32,000 nt of DNA from Schaalia meyeri (GTDB taxonomy: Bacteria > Actinomycetota > Actinomycetes > Actinomycetales > Actinomycetaceae), in NCBI RefSeq assembly GCF_900105015.1, contig NZ_FNLK01000006.1:30001-62000 (forward strand), written 5' to 3'. Each line of letters starts with the position of its first letter. The first letter of the stretch is position 1. The translations under genes were made by a program, and so were the position numbers. The notes below the pieces were generated by a model. It was given only the letters and a program-made list of their open reading frames with translations. It was not told the DNA's origin and made no database searches. This document shows positions 15,192 through 22,462 of the stretch, one piece after another.

Positions 15192-15201
15192 AGGGTTGCA
15201 A
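15173..15201 (-). promoter_or_regulatory. promoter of the exporter operon: TTGCAA (15196-15201), 17-bp spacer, TAACCT (15173-15178), minus strand
   Basis: The minus strand reads TTGCAAccctaagttaacactgtTAACCT. It lies about 50 nt upstream of ATG 15123 in a strongly AT-enriched patch. Confidence 0.5.
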
Positions 15202-15241
15202 GCCCGAGAGAAAAGGAATGAATCGCCCGGCTTGCCTTTGG

Positions 15242-16618
15242 TTACGCCGGGTTCGCGCCGCCAGATGTGCCGCGGGGTGCGGCTGCTCGCGCCCGATCGC
15301 GCAAGCCGCGCAGCCACGCCAGGCGTTCCTTGAAGCGCCTCTCGTTGCCCTGCTCGGTGGGCCTGTAGTACTCGGCGCCCGCGAGCGAGTCGGGCAGGCA
15401 CCGCATGTCGGCGGCCACCTTATCCGCCTCGTGGTGGGCCAGCCGGTACCCCTGCCCGTATCCCAGGTTCCTCATGAGGTGGGTCGGGGCGTTGCGGATG
15501 GCGAGGGGGACAGGGTCGGCCTGGGTGCGCAGCGCGTCCTTCTTTGCCCTCTCGTAGGCGACGTAGGAGCTGTTCGACTTCGGCGCCAGCGACAGGTAGA
15601 TGACGGCCTCGGCCAGGTGGACCGAGCACTCGGGCATGCCGATGAAATGCGCCGCTTGGAAGGCGTTGATCGCCACGCCCAGCGCGTTCGTGTCCGCCAG
15701 GCCCACGTCCTCGGAGGCGAAGCGCGTGATGCGCCGCGCCACGTACAGGGGATCCTCGCCGCCCTCGAGCATGCGGGCCAGCCAGTACACGGCCGCGTCC
15801 GGGTCCGAGTTGCGCATCGACTTGTGCAGGGCCGAGATGATGTTGTAGTGTTCCTCGCCGTCCTTGTCGTAGAGCAGGCTCTTGCGCGAGGTGCACTGCT
15901 GGACCGTCTCGGCGCTGACCGTGGTCGCCCTGCCGTGCTCGTCGCCGTTGAGGACCGCCATTTCCAGGGTGGACAGGGCCACGCGTGCGTCCCCGTTGCT
16001 GAACACCGCGATGGCGTGCAGCAGGTTCTCCTCAATGCGCACCTTCTGCTCGCCGAAGCCGCGGGGGTCGGCCAGGGCGCGGCGCAGCAAGGCGGTGATG
16101 TCGTCCTCGGCCAGGGTGTTGAGGACGAACACCTTGCAGCGTGACAGGAGCGCGTTGTTGACCTCGAAGGAGGGGTTCTCGGTGGTCGCGCCGATCAGGA
16201 TGATCGACCCCTTCTCCACGAAGGGCAAGAAAGCGTCCTGCTGCGCCTTGTTGAAGCGGTGGATCTCATCGACGAAGACGATGGTGCGCCTGCCCATGGA
16301 CGCCTGCGCGTCAGCCTGCTTCATCACCTCGCGGATCTCTTTGATGCCGCTGGTCACCGCGGAAAAATCGATGAACGAGGCGCAGGTGTGGCGGGCGATC
16401 ACGCGTGCGAGGGTGGTCTTGCCGACCCCGGGAGGCCCCCAGAAGATCATGGAGGGGGTGCGGTCGGCCTCGATCATAGAGCGCAGGGCCTTGCCGGGCC
16501 CGAGCTGGTGGGATTGCCCCACGACCTCGGCGAGAGAAGTTGGGCGCATGCGGTCGGCGAGGGGGCGTGCCTCCTCACCGGAATCCTCGAACAAAGAGCG
16601 CTGTTGAACGCCAGACAT
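15242..16618 (-). CDS. rarA: replication-associated recombination protein A (MgsA/RarA AAA+ ATPase)
   Basis: MSGVQQRSLFE...LADRMRPTSLAEVVGQSHLL-type N-terminus, Walker A GPPGVGKTT, Walker B VFVDEIHRFNK, and the C-terminal MgsA domain (HYNIISALHKSMRNSDPDAAVYWLARML...YLAxAPKSN). ATG 16618 is preceded by GGAGGG; the longer 577-codon ORF is rejected. Confidence 0.93.
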   Translation of the reverse strand: MSGVQQRSLFEDSGEEARPLADRMRPTSLAEVVGQSHQLGPGKALRSMIEADRTPSMIFWGPPGVGKTTLARVIARHTCASFIDFSAVTSGIKEIREVMKQADAQASMGRRTIVFVDEIHRFNKAQQDAFLPFVEKGSIILIGATTENPSFEVNNALLSRCKVFVLNTLAEDDITALLRRALADPRGFGEQKVRIEENLLHAIAVFSNGDARVALSTLEMAVLNGDEHGRATTVSAETVQQCTSRKSLLYDKDGEEHYNIISALHKSMRNSDPDAAVYWLARMLEGGEDPLYVARRITRFASEDVGLADTNALGVAINAFQAAHFIGMPECSVHLAEAVIYLSLAPKSNSSYVAYERAKKDALRTQADPVPLAIRNAPTHLMRNLGYGQGYRLAHHEADKVAADMRCLPDSLAGAEYYRPTEQGNERRFKERLAWLRGLRDRARAAAPRGTSGGANPA

Positions 16619-16812
16619 GGACCGTCCCTCCTGCGTGGGGCGCGGGCCGCCTCGCGTGGCTCGCGTCTGTCTCCAGGGTAGGACCGCCCGCCCTCGTCTG
16701 TGTCCCGCGTGGGGCGTGGATGTTGACAGGGGCGAAGGACAGATGGCGGTAAACGCGTCGCCAGCCGTACGGTTCTGGTATGTCGCGAGCCTATTTTGCC
16801 GGGAGGATACGC

Positions 16813-17805
16813 CTAGGCCGACGGAAACAGGCGCGGCAGGTTGTGTGCCACCTGATTTTGGACGGAGGCCATGGAGTGGGTCTCTCCCTCGTCGATCCAC
16901 ACCTGCAGGCTCTCCGGGGTCATCAGGTTCGGGTAGTCCATGCGGAGCTCGTCCACTTGAAGACTCATGTCCCACAGGGCCGGGTCTTTCGATCCGACGG
17001 AAGCCAGGATCTGGAAGTCGTCAGGCCCGTAGTCCGCGCTCTCGGAACCGGCGGTAATGAGCTGCGCGAGCTGATCGAGGTCCGCGTCCGTATCGCGTCC
17101 GATCCATGACTCGCCGGCCATCGGCATGTACCCGTAGAAATGCTGCGGGCGCATGGAAAAGACGTCCCACGTGGTGGTCGCTCCCATCGAGAAACCACCG
17201 AAGGCGCGGTGCGTGCGGGAAGCCTGCAAGGACTGATCCGAGGTGTCGCCGTGGGCGAACGTCGTGTAGCGCGATTCAACGCGGTCGGTGATCGTGTCGA
17301 TCTCGGTGGTTGCGAAGAAACGATTGAGCTCGTAATCGTCCTCGTAATCATCTCCCGCGAAGGAGCGATCCGGATAGTAGGTCGTGAAAACGACGAGCGT
17401 CGGAGAGAGCTGGTCCGAGGTCGTGAGGTTGTCGACGACGGGGGCAAGCACCTCCGCCAGCCCGTCGGCGCTGCCCCGCCAGCCGTGCGTCAGGTAGACG
17501 ATGTTCGCGGGAGTGTCCGGCGAGTAGGTGCTGGGAACGTAGACGTACGCTTCCTTGTCGTAAGTGACACCCCGGTAGGTCTGCTGGTAGGCCACCGTGT
17601 CAATGGAGCCGTACAGCTCCGATGCCATGGCCGAGAAGGGCACAAACACCGACAGGGCGCTCTCCTCGTCGTCCACGTAGTTCAGTGCGCGCACCGCCTG
17701 GTCGAAGGTGTACGAGGCGATGCCCAGGAGGGGAAGGACGATGGCGAGCGTCGCGCCGATCAGGGCGGTCCTCCTGACCGGTGACCTGAGTAATCTGGTG
17801 TTCAT
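16813..17805 (-). CDS. membrane-anchored or secreted alpha/beta hydrolase, putative-esterase family
   Basis: The N-terminal MNTRLLRSPVRRTALIGATLAIVLPLLGIA looks like a signal peptide or membrane anchor. HGW is present and GGFSMG is a GxSxG nucleophile elbow. The start could be ATG 17805 or ATG 17844. Confidence 0.6.
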   Translation of the reverse strand: MNTRLLRSPVRRTALIGATLAIVLPLLGIASYTFDQAVRALNYVDDEESALSVFVPFSAMASELYGSIDTVAYQQTYRGVTYDKEAYVYVPSTYSPDTPANIVYLTHGWRGSADGLAEVLAPVVDNLTTSDQLSPTLVVFTTYYPDRSFAGDDYEDDYELNRFFATTEIDTITDRVESRYTTFAHGDTSDQSLQASRTHRAFGGFSMGATTTWDVFSMRPQHFYGYMPMAGESWIGRDTDADLDQLAQLITAGSESADYGPDDFQILASVGSKDPALWDMSLQVDELRMDYPNLMTPESLQVWIDEGETHSMASVQNQVAHNLPRLFPSA

Positions 17806-18067
17806 CGCATGCACCTCGCGTCCCCCCTCGTCCTTTGCCTTCATGGCCTCCACTGTAGTTCCTGTACCCCCGCAGACGCTAACGAGTGTGGGATGTCCCG
17901 CCTTTGGTACGCGAGAGGCGTAACCGCTCTCAGTCTCTGCCTGCGGCGCGAGGGGCATAGGCGAGGATCCACTGCCTTCGCGTGCAGTTGCCGCTTCCTC
18001 AGCGTTAGTGGGCGGCGGTGGCAAACCGAGGGGGTGCATTCGCGCGCGGCGGGCCTACCCTGAAGGC

Positions 18068-18667
18068 ATGACCCCCGAGATCACCAACCCTGCCATCCGA
18101 GCGATCGCCGACGCGATCGCCGCCGACCCGGCCAACGCCTCGTACACAGCGCGTGGGGTGAAACCGCTGTTCTACGCGGACCCGCGATGTCGCGTCATGA
18201 TCGTCGGCCAGGCTCCTGGGCGCGTCGCCGAAGAGAGCGGCATCGCGTGGAATGACCGCAGCGGCGACCGGCTGCGCGACTGGATGGGTGTCGACCGGGA
18301 GGCGTTCTACGACTCGGGCAAGATCGCGATCGTCCCCATGGACTTCTACTTCCCCGGCACTGGAAGAAGCGGCGACCTGCCCCCGCGCAAGGGCTTCGCC
18401 GAGAAATGGCACCCGCGTATCCTCGAACTCATGCCACGCCTGGACCTGACGATCCTCGTCGGTGCCTACGCGGCCAGGCGCTACCTGCACCTGCCATCAT
18501 CCGCCTCGCTCACCCAGATCGTGCGCGGCTATCGCGACTACCTGCCCGCTTACTTCCCCCTGGTCCACCCCTCGCCCCGCAACCAAATATGGATGAAGAA
18601 GAACCCCTGGTTCGCCGCCGATGTACTGCCGGAGCTTAAGGATCGGGTCGGAGTGCTGCTCGCCTGA
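18068..18667 (+). CDS. uracil-DNA glycosylase superfamily protein
   Basis: Motif A-like IVGQAPG and motif B-like HPSPRN, at about 200 aa. ATG 18068 lies 6 nt after a TACCCT box (18056-18061). Confidence 0.7.
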   Translation: MTPEITNPAIRAIADAIAADPANASYTARGVKPLFYADPRCRVMIVGQAPGRVAEESGIAWNDRSGDRLRDWMGVDREAFYDSGKIAIVPMDFYFPGTGRSGDLPPRKGFAEKWHPRILELMPRLDLTILVGAYAARRYLHLPSSASLTQIVRGYRDYLPAYFPLVHPSPRNQIWMKKNPWFAADVLPELKDRVGVLLA

Positions 18668-18709
18668 CAGGGTCGCAGCCGTGGCCGACTTGATGGCACA
18701 CTGGATGCC

Positions 18710-19150
18710 ATGGACGACCTGCGCATCCCGCCCGGCCCCGGCTGCCCGCGCGGATTGGTCGTGCCCGCAGGCGAGCTGGGGGAGCGCTTCTCCCACGCCT
18801 CGGGTCCCGGCGGACAGGGCGTGAACACCGCGGACTCGCGCGTGCAACTCAGCCTGGACCTGGCCACGACCACCGCCCTGGACGGCGGTCAGCGCGAGCG
18901 GGCGCTGACCCGCCTGCGCGAGCGCCTGGCGGGCACCGTCCTCACCATCGTGGCCACCGAGCACCGCTCCCAGCGGCGCAACCGCGTGGCCGCGCGCGAA
19001 CGGCTGGCGGCACTCCTGCGCGGCTCGCTGGCACCGCCCAGGCCTCGCCGCCCCACCAAGCCGCCCCACGGATCCAAGCTGCGCCGCCTGGCGGACAAGA
19101 AAAAACGCGCCGAGGTCAAGGCGCGCCGACGCCGCCCCGACGCGGAGTGA
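18710..19150 (+). CDS. arfB: alternative ribosome-rescue peptidyl-tRNA hydrolase ArfB (class I RF-domain protein)
   Basis: GGQ motif in SGPGGQGVNT, plus the basic C-terminal tail KPPHGSKLRRLADKKKRAEVKARRRR typical of ArfB/YaeJ. Confidence 0.85.
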   Translation: MDDLRIPPGPGCPRGLVVPAGELGERFSHASGPGGQGVNTADSRVQLSLDLATTTALDGGQRERALTRLRERLAGTVLTIVATEHRSQRRNRVAARERLAALLRGSLAPPRPRRPTKPPHGSKLRRLADKKKRAEVKARRRRPDAE

Positions 19151-19306
19151 CCCCCGAGCCTTGGGCACGAACCCTGGGCGTCGCGCGATCTGTTGAGGGA
19201 CACGTCGGCCGCAATCCTCTCGGGCACACCCCGGGCATCGCGCCCGCCGAGCCCTCTCCGCCGCGCGCGGTGGCCCGCCCGGTCGCGCCCCACGCAGCCC
19301 CCGCTG

Positions 19307-20149
19307 CTACCGCACCTCCCCCCACTGGTCCCCGTCCGTGCGCCAGCCGATGAATGTCCAGGTCACGGGAAGCCTGTAGTCCAGCGTCCAATACTCCGAA
19401 GAAGCATCGTCAGTCTCCGAGCGCGGCACGCGCGCAACATGGTCCGCGGCGTAGGCGTCGAAAAGCCGCTGTTCCCGCGCGGTGAAGGGCTCAGGGCCAG
19501 CCAGGCGCCTCAGGTCGGCCCGGGCCTCGTCAAAAGAGGGGAAGCGCATCGGACGAAACGTCCTGGTGGTCGCGGAGAAGGGAACCCGGCCCATGGCCGA
19601 CAGCGCCCGCTCCACGTCCCGGACGATGCGGGGCCTCCGTGCGGCGCGCCCCAGGTAGTTCAGCAGGCGCGGGTCGCAGGAGGGCAGGGCGCTGGCGGAC
19701 ACGACGACCGCCGCCTTCGAGCGGGCAGCCCGGTCGAGCTTGGTGACGTGGGCCTGCACCCCATCGGCCACCAGGGAGCGCGAGGCGAAGGCGACGTCCA
19801 CGCTGTTCTCGCCCAGGCCCGCCGCCTCCCAGTCGTCGTCCCACGCGAGCAGGTGCGAGGAAATGGGGAGGCGCTCCTGGGCGGTGCGCTCGTCGAGGAT
19901 GGTTAGCATCGCCTGGGCGAAATCGCAGGCGTGCACGCGGTGGCCCCGTTTCGCCAGGGGGACCGCCAGCGTGCCGGTCGCGCAGCCCATGTCGAGCACC
20001 GTGTCCGCCTCCTCGAGCGCGAGGAGTTCCAGGAGCCAGCTTTCGTAGGCGCTGGTGGCGACGCGGGTGAATCTGGCGGCTCGCTTATTCCAGTATTCCC
20101 TGGAATCGTGGTTGTTCGAGTCTGTGCGGTTGCTGCTGCGTGTTGGCAT
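19307..20149 (-). CDS. class I SAM-dependent methyltransferase
   Basis: Motif I VLDMGCATGTLAVPLAKRG, followed by an acidic residue (ACDFAQ) and VDVAFASRSL. SD AAGGGG before ATG 20149. Confidence 0.8.
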   Translation of the reverse strand: MPTRSSNRTDSNNHDSREYWNKRAARFTRVATSAYESWLLELLALEEADTVLDMGCATGTLAVPLAKRGHRVHACDFAQAMLTILDERTAQERLPISSHLLAWDDDWEAAGLGENSVDVAFASRSLVADGVQAHVTKLDRAARSKAAVVVSASALPSCDPRLLNYLGRAARRPRIVRDVERALSAMGRVPFSATTRTFRPMRFPSFDEARADLRRLAGPEPFTAREQRLFDAYAADHVARVPRSETDDASSEYWTLDYRLPVTWTFIGWRTDGDQWGEVR

Positions 20150-20402
20150 TGGCCGGTGCCCCTTGATTTTCCTGTCCAGGCCGGGCGGTGGCGCCCGACT
20201 CCCGATATGTTACGTCCCCATTGACGATCCGCGTGGAAAGCGGAGCCTTTGCAACGGGGATCGCGTGCGCAGCGGGAGCAGTGACGCGCACGGGGCATCG
20301 GCCTGACGGGCGCGGGGAGAGCGCGCCTGGCGGGGCGCGAAACGCGCTCCCCGCGGGGCAAACAGTCCTGACGGTGTAACAGGAACCACTGAGCGCTGCG
20401 CG

Positions 20403-20411
20403 TGCGATAAT
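20403..20411 (+). promoter_or_regulatory. extended -10 element TGcGATAAT placed 6 nt before ATG 20418 (leaderless geometry)
   Basis: TG at 20403-20404 and GATAAT at 20406-20411. There is no SD between the box and the start codon. Confidence 0.45.
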
Positions 20412-20417
20412 GGCGCA

Positions 20418-21464
20418 ATGACGTTTTCTCCCGGGCTGCCCAATTTCTCCAGCGATTACCAGGAGGGCGCACACCAGCGCGTGCTGGACGCCCTCGTCGC
20501 GACAAACATGGAACAAACCAGCGGCTACGGCACCGACGCCCACTGCGCGCGTGCGCGCGACCTGATCCGTGCCGCATGCGAGGCCCCCGACGCCGACGTG
20601 TACTTCCTGGTCGGCGGAACGCAGACGAACGCGACCGTCATTGACGCGATCCTGCTGCCCTGGCAGGGCGTCATTGCCCCGAACACGGGCCACATCAACA
20701 TGCACGAGGCGGGCATCGTTGAGCGCGGAGGCCACAAGATCCTGGACGTTCCTGCCCTCGACGGCAAGATCAACGCTGCCGACGTAGAGCGTATCTGCTC
20801 CGCGTGGGAGGGCGACGGCGCGCGCGACCACATGATCGCCCCCGCGCTGGTCTACATCTCCCAGCCCACCGAATACGGCACCCTGTACACACGCCGTGAA
20901 CTGGAGGGCCTCTCGCGCGTGTGCCGGGCGCGCGGCCTCAAGCTCTTCGTCGACGGGGCGCGCCTGGCATACGCGCTGGCCTCGCCCGCCAACGACGTGA
21001 CGCTGGCCGACCTGGCGCGCCTGACGGACGTGTTCTACATCGGCGGCACCAAGTGCGGAGCCCTCTTCGGCGAAGCCGTGGTCATTCCGAACAGTGGTTC
21101 GATCCGTCAGTTCGTCACGCAGATGAAGCAGCACGGCGCGCTCCTGGCAAAGGGGCGCCTGCTCGGCGTCCAGTTCGAGGCCCTCTTCGAGGACGACCTC
21201 TACCTGACGATCGGCGCGCCCGCGGTCCAGGCCACCGCGCGGATCCGCGCCTCCCTCATACGCGCCGGGTACGTCGTTACCATGAACTCTCCCACGAACC
21301 TGACCTTTGTCGCCCTGGACCAGGCCGGGCACGATCGCCTGTCCCGCAAGGTTAGCTACGGCATCTGGGAGACGCTGCCCGACGGGCGCCTGCTTGCTCG
21401 CCTGGGCACCTCCTGGGCCACCTTAGAACAGGCGGTGGCCGCCTTCGAGGAAGCGCTGGCCTGA
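20418..21464 (+). CDS. PLP-dependent threonine aldolase / beta-eliminating lyase family protein
   Basis: FSSDYQEGAH...SGYGTD...FLVGGTQTN...YISQPTEYGT...LFVDGARL...FYIGGTKCGA (PLP lysine) matches the threonine-aldolase family layout. Confidence 0.7.
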   Translation: MTFSPGLPNFSSDYQEGAHQRVLDALVATNMEQTSGYGTDAHCARARDLIRAACEAPDADVYFLVGGTQTNATVIDAILLPWQGVIAPNTGHINMHEAGIVERGGHKILDVPALDGKINAADVERICSAWEGDGARDHMIAPALVYISQPTEYGTLYTRRELEGLSRVCRARGLKLFVDGARLAYALASPANDVTLADLARLTDVFYIGGTKCGALFGEAVVIPNSGSIRQFVTQMKQHGALLAKGRLLGVQFEALFEDDLYLTIGAPAVQATARIRASLIRAGYVVTMNSPTNLTFVALDQAGHDRLSRKVSYGIWETLPDGRLLARLGTSWATLEQAVAAFEEALA

Positions 21465-21476
21465 GCAGGCAGGTGG

Positions 21477-21502
21477 CTCTGGTCGCGGCCAATCGACCAG
21501 AG
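21477..21502 (+). terminator. 9-bp-stem hairpin after the aldolase gene (CTCTGGTCG / CGACCAGAG), no U-tract
   Basis: Perfect stem 21477-21485 / 21494-21502 with an 8-nt loop, 13 nt after the stop. Confidence 0.4.
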
Positions 21503-21572
21503 GCCCCGCCCGGGCTATCGCGCGGGCAAAGGCGCGTCGGCCCCTCTCGCGTCGCACTCGCTACCGGGACCA

Positions 21573-21602
21573 TTGACCCGGGGGACGGGCGGCGGCTATC
21601 CT
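21573..21602 (+). promoter_or_regulatory. promoter TTGACC (21573-21578), 18-bp spacer, TATCCT (21597-21602), 6 nt before ATG 21609 (leaderless geometry)
   Basis: Hexamers and spacing were read directly. There is no SD. The TTG start at 21573 on the ORF track coincides with the -35 and is rejected. Confidence 0.45.
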
Positions 21603-21608
21603 GGTCGC

Positions 21609-22340
21609 ATGGTACTCAACGAAGAGATGAAGGATTTTTCAGCCCTGGCATCGTCCAGGAGGTCGATCCGCGCCTATGTAGACCGCGAGATCCCCGCCGA
21701 CGTTTTGGAGGCCATCCTCGCGGATGCGGCGACCGCGCCCAGCTGGTCCAACACCCGCGCCTTCCGCGTCGCGCTGGCCACCGGGGAGCGGGCGCGGCGC
21801 CTTCGCGCCGAATACGTGCGACTCTTTGACCAGAGCCTGGAAGCACAGCGCAACAAGGACGCAGCTGCCGCCCCGAAGGATCAGCGCAGCGGGCTGCCGG
21901 ACGGCGACTTCCCCGTGTGGAAGCGATACCCGGAGGAGGTGCGACCGGCCCAGATTGAGGTCGCCAAGCTCCTCTACGGGATCTGCGGCGTCGAGCGGCA
22001 CGACTATGAGGGGCGCGACCGCGTTAACCGCCGCAACGTCGTCGCCTTCGATGCGCCCGTCATGGGCTTCGTGTTCGTCCACGAAGAGATGCTGCCGTGG
22101 AGCGCCATGGACGTGGGCTTCATGCTGCAGACCCTCTTCCTCTCCGCCAAGTCCCGAGGCGTGGACTCCTGCGCGGTCGGGCTGCTCTCCACGTGGCGCA
22201 GCCCCGTCGATGACGAGTTCGAGGTCCCCGAGCACTATAAGCTCATCACCGGCTTTGCCCTGGGCTACGCGGATGCGGGTGCGCCCGTCAACTCGATGGC
22301 CGCGCCCCGGCCGCCCATCCAGCTCCTGGAAGGGAAGTAA
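21609..22340 (+). CDS. nitroreductase family protein
   Basis: RRSIRAYVDREIP...ILADAATAPSWSNTRAFRV at the N-terminus, and ...CAVGLL...GFALGYAD at the C-terminus, are typical of the NAD(P)H-flavin nitroreductase fold. Confidence 0.8.
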   Translation: MVLNEEMKDFSALASSRRSIRAYVDREIPADVLEAILADAATAPSWSNTRAFRVALATGERARRLRAEYVRLFDQSLEAQRNKDAAAAPKDQRSGLPDGDFPVWKRYPEEVRPAQIEVAKLLYGICGVERHDYEGRDRVNRRNVVAFDAPVMGFVFVHEEMLPWSAMDVGFMLQTLFLSAKSRGVDSCAVGLLSTWRSPVDDEFEVPEHYKLITGFALGYADAGAPVNSMAAPRPPIQLLEGK

Positions 22341-22462
22341 GCGGGCGGGATTCTTTACCTTTTCGTGAACAATCACGCACAGACGCGCCCGCCTGACGGG
22401 TGAGCGCTACCGTGGGGTGGGGCTACGGCCCCGGCAGTTGTTCGCAATCGGAAGGACCCCAC

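Noticed and set aside
16619-16975. 5' extension of rarA (577-codon ORF). Similar extensions exist for the esterase ORF (to 18039), the UDG ORF (from 18008), the GNAT ORF (to 25282) and the ABC fusion ORF (from 25338)
   Set aside because: In each case the family-typical N-terminus starts at an internal ATG or GTG that has an SD or a -10 box in front. The extensions are Pro/Arg/Gly-rich and overlap neighbouring genes or promoters.
20311-20395. Possible glycine riboswitch upstream of the threonine-aldolase gene (GGGGAGAG ... CGCGGGGCAAAC resembles GGAGAG ... CCGAAGGGGCAA)
   Set aside because: Only fragments of the core are present. The conserved CUCUCAGGCAAAAGGAC-type 3' segment is missing. The aldolase promoter geometry also implies a leaderless mRNA that would not include this element. 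It is kept only as a generic structured element in the findings.
20085-21332. 415-codon minus-strand ORF; likewise 29130-30536 (-, 468 aa) and 22733-23695 (-, 320 aa)
   Set aside because: They are antisense shadows of the aldolase, DJ-1/TatD and YkvI-like genes. No motifs or start-codon context support them.
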